Source: Thermoplasmata archaeon (GTDB lineage Archaea > Thermoplasmatota > Thermoplasmata > GCA-020350865). Taken from it: a stretch of DNA of 64,000 nucleotides. The stretch covers positions 3,912,385-3,976,384 of the forward strand of contig CP070751.1 of NCBI GenBank assembly GCA_020348445.1. The letters are read 5' to 3'. Positions 48,226-56,830 of this stretch are shown piece by piece. Under the pieces are notes generated by a model, which was not told the DNA's origin, searched no databases, and saw only the letters and a program-made list of their open reading frames with translations. A program made the position numbers and the translations under genes. The number at the start of each line of letters is the position of its first letter. Position 1 is the stretch's first letter.

Positions 48226-51069
48226 ATGAAATCCAAGCTCGTCAGTATAGCGCTGTGTGCATTGATATTTGTTGCCATTTTTATAGTGGAAGTGCCAAAG
48301 GATGTGAGTGCACAGATAACTGAGGAATGGGTGGCGAGGTACAATAGTCCAGGAAACGGCTTTGAACATTCATCTGACATAGTCGTAGATTCGTTTGGAA
48401 ATGTTTATGTAACAGGATCCAGTGAATACAACACATCAGATAACGACTATGTTACAGTAAAATATGATGCAAATGGTATTGAACAATGGGTAGCTAGATA
48501 CAATGGACCCGGTAATTCCTACGATAGTGCTACGAAAATCAGAGTTGATTCTTTAGGAAACATCTATGTAACGGGATATAGCGAGGGAAATAGGACAGAC
48601 TGGGACTACGGTACTATAAAGTATGACTCCTCAGGTAACGAACTCTGGGTTGCGAGATACAACGGCCCAGGAAATGGTGAAGATGGTGCAAGTGACATGG
48701 TTTTAGATTCATCCGGAAATATTTATGTGACTGGACTTAGCGAAGGAGTAGGAACAGATAATGATTTTGCGACGATCGCCTACGATTCATTAGGCAACGA
48801 GCTTTGGGTGGCAAGATATAATAGCCCGCAAAATGACTCAGATGTTTCTGGTCACATTGATATAGACGAGTTTGGAAATATATATGTGACTGGATTCAGT
48901 ATGGGTAACGCAACTTTTTGGGACTATTTAACGATCAAGTACGATACAAATGGTAATCAACTCTGGGTTGCGAGATATAATGGCACTGCAAACCACGAGG
49001 ATAGGGCTTATGATATTGTGGTGGATTCTTCAGGAAATATCTATGTAACAGGGGCTAGCGAGGGTAACGGGACAGGTTTTGATTATACAACGATAAAGTA
49101 CGATACAAATGGTAATGAATTGTGGGTTGCGAGATATAATGGGCCTGGAAATGGTGATGATGATGGACGTGCTATGACTGTAGATCCATTTGGAAACATA
49201 TATGTAACTGGATATAGCGAGGGCAATGGCACGAATTATGATTATACAACTATAAAGTACGATTCAAATGGAAATGAATTGTGGGTTGCGAGATATAATG
49301 GCCCAGAAAATGGACTTGATCATGCTTATGATATCGCTTTGGATCCGTTTGGACATGTCTTTATTACTGGGCTCAGTTGGGGTGGGTGGTTACATGAGAA
49401 TGGGACATTATACGATTATGCGACAATAGCCTATGATTCATATGGCAATGAGATCTGGGTGGCAAGATACAATGGTCCTGGGGAGAGCGATTGGGCCTAT
49501 GATTTAACAACAGACTCATCAGGATATGTTTATGTGACGGGTTCAAGCCTGGGTAACGGAACATGGTATGATTATGCGACGATAAAGTACTCCTGTCATT
49601 TTCCAAACCAACCACCAATCGCAGATGCGGGCCCTGACCAGACTGTGAACGAGGGGGATATTGTAGAGTTCAACGGGTCAGCCTCATATGATCCTGATGG
49701 CACAATAGAAACCTACGAATGGGATTTTGATGCAAGCGATGGACTTTGGTGGGAAACTGGGGCACCACCAGACGCATTTGGTCCTGATCCAAAATATACC
49801 TATGATGAATATGGCGTTTTCATCGCGACTTTAATAGTAAAAGACAATAACGGATCAATGGATATAGACACATGTAAAATAACAGTTCTAGTGCAATCTC
49901 CACCGCCACCTAAACTTTACATAAATATAAGCCAAGATGGAGAGGATGCGATCCTCTATTGGGACCCCCCGGCAAATCCAGGTATCGACCATTATTTGAT
50001 ATATCGCTCGACATCTCAGATAGATTTCGATCTTGATAATATATGGGTGAACACCTCGGTAAATAATGAAATTGACGAGGCAGGCCCTATACCCCTCAGA
50101 TCTATGTGGAATGATACAAACGCTACATTTCCAGGTAACGAGACCAACTACGAAGAACAGTATTACTACATAATAAGAGCAGTAAATACTCTCGGTTATA
50201 CGAGCAGAACCAGCAGAACAGTCGGTAAATGGACAAAGACATTCCCAAAGGGGGTATCAACCTTCTCCTTGCCATTGGAATCCCTGCAGCCAATCACCGC
50301 AGACTACTTACGTAATGACATGAAAGCCAGATACATTAAATGGATGGACCCTGTAAATCATATTTGGATGAAACACGGAGATGGTGGTGATAACGATACA
50401 CAGATGGAAGTGGGGAAGGGCTATGAGGTGTCATTCGACACGTCTACAAACTACACATTCGCTGGTATGCCGGGTGCGATGATAAGGTACGACGACGACA
50501 CCGGATTTTTGGGATTTAATCCTGATTCTGAGGCTAAAAACCTCACGGCTACAGTTGACTCCCTAACAGGAAACGTGATCCTCAATTGGACACAACCTTC
50601 GAGTAAAGGTGTTAATAATCAATATTACGTTCTACGATCCTCCGAAAGAGATGGCTTCTGGAAGGGGAATTATGTTCAACTCGCGACTTTGAATTTCGAT
50701 AAACTCTCATATACAGATATCGGCAATGCCACAGCAGGGACACAATACTACTATATGATCGTGCCTGCAAACGAGACTGGTGTGGAAGGAGCAAGCACAT
50801 ACAGTGTAGGTGTTTGGACGGCGGTTTGTCTAGGACAATATGACACTATTGGAATTCCTTTGAAAATTGCCAGTAACGAGACTGTGGATTGGTACTGCAA
50901 CAATATTCCCAACATGGTGGGAATTAACTACTTCATTTACAGCCAACAACGATGGGGCTGGCATTCCACAAGAATGCCAGAAGGAGCCTATGATCCTCAA
51001 ATCGTTATGACTGAGGGTTACCAAATATCCACCTCGAATGCCACGAAATTCACTTTTATTGGGATGTAG
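48226..51069 (+). CDS. Secreted SBBP-repeat beta-propeller protein with PKD domain and shared C-terminal module
   Basis: Signal peptide; 8 repeats WVARYNG...VDxxGNIYVTG...DYxTIKYD; PKD NQPPIADAGPDQ...YEWDFD; C-terminal ~386 aa homologous to the next gene. Confidence 0.85.
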   Translation: MKSKLVSIALCALIFVAIFIVEVPKDVSAQITEEWVARYNSPGNGFEHSSDIVVDSFGNVYVTGSSEYNTSDNDYVTVKYDANGIEQWVARYNGPGNSYDSATKIRVDSLGNIYVTGYSEGNRTDWDYGTIKYDSSGNELWVARYNGPGNGEDGASDMVLDSSGNIYVTGLSEGVGTDNDFATIAYDSLGNELWVARYNSPQNDSDVSGHIDIDEFGNIYVTGFSMGNATFWDYLTIKYDTNGNQLWVARYNGTANHEDRAYDIVVDSSGNIYVTGASEGNGTGFDYTTIKYDTNGNELWVARYNGPGNGDDDGRAMTVDPFGNIYVTGYSEGNGTNYDYTTIKYDSNGNELWVARYNGPENGLDHAYDIALDPFGHVFITGLSWGGWLHENGTLYDYATIAYDSYGNEIWVARYNGPGESDWAYDLTTDSSGYVYVTGSSLGNGTWYDYATIKYSCHFPNQPPIADAGPDQTVNEGDIVEFNGSASYDPDGTIETYEWDFDASDGLWWETGAPPDAFGPDPKYTYDEYGVFIATLIVKDNNGSMDIDTCKITVLVQSPPPPKLYINISQDGEDAILYWDPPANPGIDHYLIYRSTSQIDFDLDNIWVNTSVNNEIDEAGPIPLRSMWNDTNATFPGNETNYEEQYYYIIRAVNTLGYTSRTSRTVGKWTKTFPKGVSTFSLPLESLQPITADYLRNDMKARYIKWMDPVNHIWMKHGDGGDNDTQMEVGKGYEVSFDTSTNYTFAGMPGAMIRYDDDTGFLGFNPDSEAKNLTATVDSLTGNVILNWTQPSSKGVNNQYYVLRSSERDGFWKGNYVQLATLNFDKLSYTDIGNATAGTQYYYMIVPANETGVEGASTYSVGVWTAVCLGQYDTIGIPLKIASNETVDWYCNNIPNMVGINYFIYSQQRWGWHSTRMPEGAYDPQIVMTEGYQISTSNATKFTFIGM
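48328..49593 (+). repeat. Eight intragenic tandem repeats (159 bp, 53 aa)
   Basis: TGG GT. GC. AG. TA. starts at 48328, 48487, 48646, 48805, 48964, 49123, 49282 and 49456 (last interval 174 bp). Confidence 0.9.
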
Positions 51070-51133
51070 TACCAAAATATCAATACAAAATTTCTGTGCC
51101 CCTTAGGATTTAAAAAGAGGCAGGTATTAAATT

Positions 51134-51460
51134 GACAATCGCTCTACCGATTGTCGAAAATGTATAATCTGTATCGCGGTTTTATGGGATTTTACCCAAA
51201 GATTCATTAAACTCTCACGGGCAATATCCGGTGAAAAAATCCTGGTTCCTCGACATCATGAATGAATTCCATATTTCCATGAATATCCTGGTTGCACACA
51301 AGATATCGTAGAACTCATATAAAATATGCAAAATGTTTTCCAAAGTCTTTTTATATTTTTTTTATCAATTTGAAGTGCAGATTAAGAATATTCAAAATTA
51401 ACACTATGGAGGATTAGCACGAATAATAGATTAACCTCAATCGGGGTCGTGGTTATCATA
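51134..51460 (+). promoter_or_regulatory. Repeated intergenic element, copy A (palindrome, conserved spacer, putative promoter, RBS, signal-peptide start)
   Basis: Aligns with 56389-56760 over its full length and with 62730-62960 over its 3' half; contains GACAATCG-N6-CGATTGTC, CATATAAAATATG, TTTTTATAT and TATGGAGG. Confidence 0.85.
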
Positions 51461-54400
51461 TTGGCGGGAGGATTTTCTTGTCTCATAACATTTGAGCCGG
51501 ATGTTGTGAGTGCTGCTATTATTTATGTTGGTTCGGGTTTCGGAAATGACACAACCTCTATACAAGAGGCCATAGATAATTATGCAAGTGATGGAGATAC
51601 TGTATTTGTCTATTGCGGAACTTATTATGAAAATGTAGTGATTAACAAGACTATAGATTTAATTGGCGAAAATAAGGATACGACGATAATCGACGCTTCT
51701 GGAAACAGTGATGCGATATTCGGAAGTGCTAATTATATTAACATCACGGGGTTCAGTATAAGAAATAGTGGACAGAATCCGAGCGATGCAGGGATAAAAC
51801 TATATTTTGCCCAGTGCTGCTCCATTGCCAACAATAATGTTTTAAACAACTTTATCGGAATGAATCTCTATTACTCTGACAACACCACCATTGTCAACAA
51901 TAATGCTTCTAACAACTGGATTGGCATCTCATTAGATCATTCTAATAGCAGTACAATCGCCAACAACAAAGCCCTATCAAACATCTATTTTGGCATCCGC
52001 TTATATCGTTCAAATAATAACACATTTTTTAACAACGTCGCCTCCCACAATTTTGAGATGGGTACGTTCCTTTTTGAGTCGAATAACAATTCTATTACCT
52101 ACAATAATGCCTCTAATTCAAGATACGGCTTCTTTATTAGTACCTCCAACAACAACTTCATTGCTAACAATAATGCCTCCTTGAACCATTTAGATGGTAT
52201 ACGTCTTACTAAATCTAACTGGAATACAATCACCAACAATACGGTATCGAACAACAATTACGGCATACTACTTGACTCCTCAATGGGGACAATCATCACC
52301 AACAATGTGATGTGTAAGAATGGTATCTTCATTAGCGGTGGACTTGTGCATTGGAATACTCATACCATCGATACTTCCAATACCGTCAACGGTAAACCAC
52401 TCTATTATTGGAAGAATGTCATTGGCGGAAATATTCCTCCAAATGCAGGACAGGTGGTTTTAGCTAATTCAACCGGTGTGGTAATAGAGAATCAGAATGT
52501 TAGCCATAGTTCAGTTGGAATTTTACTTGGTTTCTCATCAAACAATGTTATCATCAATAACAATGCCTCTAGAAATTGGTGCATGATTGAATTGTTTTCT
52601 TCCGACAAAAACGTCATTTCCAATAATGATGTCTCGAACAACTGGATTGGCATTAGCCTCCATTCCTCTAAGGGCAATTCCATTACAAACAACGATGTGT
52701 GCTCGAATGATAGGCGTGGAATCTACTTATCCTCCTCCTCCGACAACATCATCGCCAACAACAATGTATCTTCGAATTTAAGGTACGGTATCTACATAGA
52801 TACTTCCACGAACAACACAGTTTCGGAGAACAACGCATTGCAAAGTTGGTACGCTATTTATTTACTTACGTCCAATGACAACAAAATTACCAACAATAAT
52901 GTTAATTCGAATGTCGAGGCCGGTATACGTATTGACTTTTCATCAAATAACAATATTACAAACAATAATATTTCAAATAATGTTGGTGACGGCATATTTC
53001 TTGGTTGCTCGTCTAACAACACCATCGCTGGAAACAGTATTTATTCGAACACTGATAATGGGGTCCATCTTTATTACTATTCTTTAAAAAATGAAATCGT
53101 AGACTGTAATATTTTTGACAACAATCGTGCTACTTATATACGGGACTTTTCAAATGATAACAGCATCATAAATTCAACGATAGTGGATAATAGTTATTGC
53201 GGTATTGAGATATACAATGGTGCACACAATAACTATATCAAAAATGGCTATATTACATCGAATAATATAGCCGGGATCATCATCCAGGAAGCTTCTGATA
53301 ATAAGATCCTAGATAGCTATATATTTTCCCATACGGAATTTGGTATCCATTTAACTTTATCTTCAAATAATACCATTACTAACTGCAATATTTTTTTGAA
53401 TGACGACGGTATATTTCTTAACTCGTCATTTGGTAATAATATCATATACAACTATGTTTCATTGAATGACAGGTACGGCATAGGTCTCTCCTCTGGATCC
53501 AACAAAAATAAAATCACTAACAACTCCTTATTAAACAACGGTTTTTTTGGCTTCTATATTATGTTAGGTTCTTTGAACAATCGTATCTACCATAACAACA
53601 TCATAGATAATACAAATCAAGCTTATGATGATACAAACAATGGGAATCAATGGGATAATGATTATCCTTCAGGCGGCAATTATTGGTCTGATTTCGATGA
53701 ACCAAGTGAGGGGGCTTATGACGATTATCAAGGACTAGATCAAAATGTAATTGGAAGAGATGGCATAGTTGACAATGGTTCGGATGCGGGTGGTGGTAAA
53801 AATCCTTATGTTATTGATGCTAATTCTAGGGATAACTATCCATTTATAGATTACATTGGAGAACAAGTTTTGCGTCCTCTACAACCAACTCTATATATAA
53901 ACATAAGTTCAGATGAACGGGATGTTGTACTTTTTTGGGATCCACCCACAAGCCCGGATATTGAGTATTATTTGATATACCGTTCAGTATCCCAGACGGC
54001 CTTTAATTTTAGCACCATATGGGTAAATACCTCAAGCAATATGGAACCCGGTGAATCTGTTCCTATACCTCTTAGAACAATGTGGAACGACACCAATGCT
54101 GCATTTCCAGGAAATGAAACCAATTATAAAGAGCAGTATTACTATATTATAAGGGCTGTAAATGATGTCGGGGAGGTGAGCAGGACAAGCAGAACAGTTG
54201 GGAAATGGACAAAGGAATTCCCCAAAGGAATATCAACTTTTTCTTTGCCTTTAGAACCAATCGATATTTTATATACAGATAATCTAACTTCCAGTATGAA
54301 AGCTGATTATATCAAATATATTAACATCACCACAAATAAATGGATGACACACAATTTCGGAGATAGCAATACAAACAATACACAAATGAGATTGGGCGAA

Positions 54401-55066
54401 GGTTATGAGGTTAAATTTAGCAGTAAGATAAATTACACCTTCACAGGTATGCCTGGAGCGATGATAAGTTATGATAACGATACAGGATTTCTTGGATTTG
54501 ACCACAATACTGAGGCGAAAAGTCTTGAGGTCACCGTTGATATTAACGGGAACGTAAACCTTACCTGGCAGGGACCACTGAGTGTAGGCCAAGGGGATAA
54601 GTATGAAATCTATTTTTCAAATAAGAGAGATGGTTTTTTTGGGACGTTTGGTATCGATTATTTCCCTGCCTGCCCAATTGTCAACTTTGGAATCAATACA
54701 GCCATTCATAGTGGCACATTAACTAATGACTTGGGGACACGATTGTACTATATGGTAGTTCCTTTCAATGCAAGCGGTGTGAGAGGATCAAGCACATACA
54801 GCATCGCGGTTTGGACTGAGGAATACCTCCAAGGTTACGATACATTTGGTATACCACTAAAACTGAGCAGTAATCAGACAATGGATTGGTACTGCGAGAA
54901 AATACCACATTCTGTGGGAATGAACTATTATAATATTGATGTCCAGCGATGGTATTGGCACTCTACGAGAATGCCTGCAGGTGCTTACGATCCCATGTTG
55001 GAGATGACAGAGGGTTATCAAATCTCCACCTCTGGACCGACGAAATTCATTTTCATAGGCATTTAG
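51419..55066 (+). CDS. Secreted NosD/CASH parallel beta-helix protein with shared C-terminal module; probable ACG start
   Basis: SIQEAIDNYASDGDTVFVYCGTYYENVVINK, many NNxIxxN..GIxL repeats, GGNYWSD; in-frame ACG at 51419 sits where the 62877 paralog has ATG (track start is GTG 51449). Confidence 0.85.
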   Translation, partial: TNNRLTSIGVVVIILAGGFSCLITFEPDVVSAAIIYVGSGFGNDTTSIQEAIDNYASDGDTVFVYCGTYYENVVINKTIDLIGENKDTTIIDASGNSDAIFGSANYINITGFSIRNSGQNPSDAGIKLYFAQCCSIANNNVLNNFIGMNLYYSDNTTIVNNNASNNWIGISLDHSNSSTIANNKALSNIYFGIRLYRSNNNTFFNNVASHNFEMGTFLFESNNNSITYNNASNSRYGFFISTSNNNFIANNNASLNHLDGIRLTKSNWNTITNNTVSNNNYGILLDSSMGTIITNNVMCKNGIFISGGLVHWNTHTIDTSNTVNGKPLYYWKNVIGGNIPPNAGQVVLANSTGVVIENQNVSHSSVGILLGFSSNNVIINNNASRNWCMIELFSSDKNVISNNDVSNNWIGISLHSSKGNSITNNDVCSNDRRGIYLSSSSDNIIANNNVSSNLRYGIYIDTSTNNTVSENNALQSWYAIYLLTSNDNKITNNNVNSNVEAGIRIDFSSNNNITNNNISNNVGDGIFLGCSSNNTIAGNSIYSNTDNGVHLYYYSLKNEIVDCNIFDNNRATYIRDFSNDNSIINSTIVDNSYCGIEIYNGAHNNYIKNGYITSNNIAGIIIQEASDNKILDSYIFSHTEFGIHLTLSSNNTITNCNIFLNDDGIFLNSSFGNNIIYNYVSLNDRYGIGLSSGSNKNKITNNSLLNNGFFGFYIMLGSLNNRIYHNNIIDNTNQAYDDTNNGNQWDNDYPSGGNYWSDFDEPSEGAYDDYQGLDQNVIGRDGIVDNGSDAGGGKNPYVIDANSRDNYPFIDYIGEQVLRPLQPTLYINISSDERDVVLFWDPPTSPDIEYYLIYRSVSQTAFNFSTIWVNTSSNMEPGESVPIPLRTMWNDTNAAFPGNETNYKEQYYYIIRAVNDVGEVSRTSRTVGKWTKEFPKGISTFSLPLEPIDILYTDNLTSSMKADYIKYINITTNKWMTHNFGDSNTNNTQMRLGEGYEVKFSSKINYTFTGMPGAMISYDNDTGFLGFDHNTEAKSLEVTVDINGNVNLTWQGPLSVGQGDKYEIYFSNKRDGFFGTFGIDYFPACPIVNFGINTAIHSGTLTNDLGTRLYYMVVPFNASGVRGSSTYSIAVWTEEYLQGYDTFGIPLKLSSNQTMDWYCEKIPHSVGMNYYNIDVQRWYWHSTRMPAGAYDPMLEMTEGYQISTSGPTKFIFIGI

Positions 55067-55129
55067 AATCTCATCTCAAAACAAAATTTCTTTCTACTAA
55101 TTAATATTAATAAGGATTAATATTGTATA

Positions 55130-55151
55130 GACAGTTGTTACTCCGATTGTC
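55130..55151. repeat. Palindrome variant GACAGTTG-TTACTC-CGATTGTC
   Basis: Same motif as 51134, 56216 and 56389; 64 bp after the NosD gene stop, between convergent genes. Confidence 0.7.
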
Positions 55152-55258
55152 CACACTTGATAGTCACTTAGAAATGGCATGTGGATAATAACCCAACGCC
55201 ATTTCATAGGCCTGCGTCCGTTTGATAGTAAAAGAGGGGATTATCAATAATGGTTTTA

Positions 55259-56071
55259 TTATTTTTTAGGGGGATTTATTACAGTTATCCCATCGCTATA
55301 TCCCTTAAATAATGTCCCATCTGCTAATTCCCCGGTAACCTTCAGATTATATGTCCCGGGCGGTAACATATCTTCTACTTCGCTTCTATCGAATTTGACC
55401 ATAAGAATATCATTTTGAATATCGCCCCACTCAGCAAAGATGACATTCCCAAGCCTAATTGAACCGATCTCGATATCGTTGACATCAAATCCCTCAGGTA
55501 ATTCGATATAGCATGTGATCCATTTTCCTTTGGACTTGAGATTGAGGGTATTTGGATCGATGTCGATTGTAGCCGTCAATCCGGGTTTGATGATTTCAAA
55601 TTCTGCAGGACCGACCTTATTAACTCCATCATAATCAAACCATGCATAATATTTCCCTGGAGGGACTTGTTCTCCCGATGGTGGTATCTCTTTGCCAAGT
55701 CCATAGCCTCTATTATCATATAGTTTATATTTTTGATTCCAAATCCATGTATATGGTAATGATATCCAAGAATTTCTTGGGATGCATTGGAATAATGACT
55801 CAAAAACGTTGTTACCTGTGTCATTAGTAATTAATAATGAGGGCTCCATAGTTAAGACATAATCCTCCAAACTCCCATCAATTGATATATTAATAGGCTC
55901 TATGAGGTAATAAATACTTTTGTTTGTAGTGATTGATAAAGATGGTTGGCTATCACTTGATATTTTACCCCCTGCGGTAGGCTGGGAACCGATTCCACTA
56001 ATTATCATCATAATTATAAACATTATGGGAATCAGTCTAGTTCCCCGGCCCAATTTATTTATTTTTTTCAT
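55259..56071 (-). CDS. Hypothetical secreted protein
   Basis: Signal-like N-terminus (ATG at 56071); Ig-like middle (ITTNKSIY...GEQVPPGKY); C-terminal IDIDPNTLNLKSKGKWITCYIELP domain. Confidence 0.7.
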   Translation of the reverse strand: MKKINKLGRGTRLIPIMFIIMMIISGIGSQPTAGGKISSDSQPSLSITTNKSIYYLIEPINISIDGSLEDYVLTMEPSLLITNDTGNNVFESLFQCIPRNSWISLPYTWIWNQKYKLYDNRGYGLGKEIPPSGEQVPPGKYYAWFDYDGVNKVGPAEFEIIKPGLTATIDIDPNTLNLKSKGKWITCYIELPEGFDVNDIEIGSIRLGNVIFAEWGDIQNDILMVKFDRSEVEDMLPPGTYNLKVTGELADGTLFKGYSDGITVINPPKK

Positions 56072-56215
56072 CTTTACCCACACTATTTTTAAGGTTGGCT
56101 TTCAATGGAACTTATGAAAATTAATATATAATATATTATTGGCATAACCGTCAAAATAAAATTTACTTTTATAAGTTGAATAAACATAAGAGAGACATGA
56201 TTTCATTTCGTTATG

Positions 56216-56237
56216 GACAATCGATTGATCGATTGTC
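56216..56237. repeat. Perfect palindrome GACAATCG-ATTGAT-CGATTGTC
   Basis: Same 8-bp arms and 6-nt spacer as 51134-51155. Confidence 0.75.
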
Positions 56238-56388
56238 AATTACCCCAATTAAATCTAAATATTCCAAACATATTTATTTCATTGAGGTTAAGGACAAAGA
56301 TCTCAGGCTTTTATCAACAATTGCAAGAACTTGAAAAAATAATAAGAAAGAGGGTAAATTTAGCCAAATGAAAAAGGTTTTGATAGAG

Positions 56389-56760
56389 GACAGTCGCTCT
56401 ACCGATTGTCTAAAATGTATAATCTGTATTATGGTTTTGTTGGGATTTTACCCAAAGATTCATTAAACTCTCTTGGGCAATAACCGGTTAAAGAGTCCTG
56501 GTTCCTCGATAGCATGTGTGAATTCCATATTCCCAGAATACCCCGGTTGCACTCTATCTATCATCGAACCCATATAAAATATGCAAAAAGTTTTCCAAAA
56601 ACACTTTATATTGTTTTTTTCACTTAGAGAATCAGATAAGGAATAATAAAAAGTAAACAGTATGGAGGGTTGGTACGAATAATGGGCTCAATTCAATCAT
56701 GATGGTCTACCTGATTGTAATTAAGGGATTCGTCGGGTTTATGAATTTTAGGGCAAGAAA
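56389..56760 (+). promoter_or_regulatory. Repeated intergenic element, copy B
   Basis: GACAGTCGCTCTACCGATTGTC..AAAATGTATAATCTGTAT..GGGATTTTACCCAAAGATTCATTAAACTCTC..CCTGGTTCCTCGA..CATATAAAATATGCAAAA..TATGGAGGG, all shared with copy A. Confidence 0.85.
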
Positions 56761-56830
56761 TATCAATTTGTGTATTTATCTTCCCCACTCAAAGGAGGAA
56801 TTTAATGAACAAAAAACCTGCTGTAAATAG
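56675..56830 (+). pseudogene. Vestigial signal-peptide fragment of a NosD-type paralog
   Basis: ACG AAT AAT... reads TNNGLNSIMMVYLIVIKGFVGFMNFRARNIN, aligning with MNNRLTSIGIVILLVTSGLVGFITFGPKIIN at 62877; out of frame with the 56805 ORF; stops at 56828-56830. Confidence 0.6.

Noticed and set aside
51160-51210. Possible leader peptide MYNLYRGFMGFYPKIH in the repeated element
   Set aside because: The frame is not preserved in copy B (1-nt indel after GGTTTT), so it is not conserved as a coding sequence
51219-51255. GGGCAA...CCGGTGAAAAAATCC resembles the GGGAA...GGTG..A.TCC core of cobalamin riboswitches
   Set aside because: No B12-box (CCCGC.ACTGT) follows, copy B changes the loop (GGTTAAAGAGTCC), and the segment lies upstream of the TATA-like box
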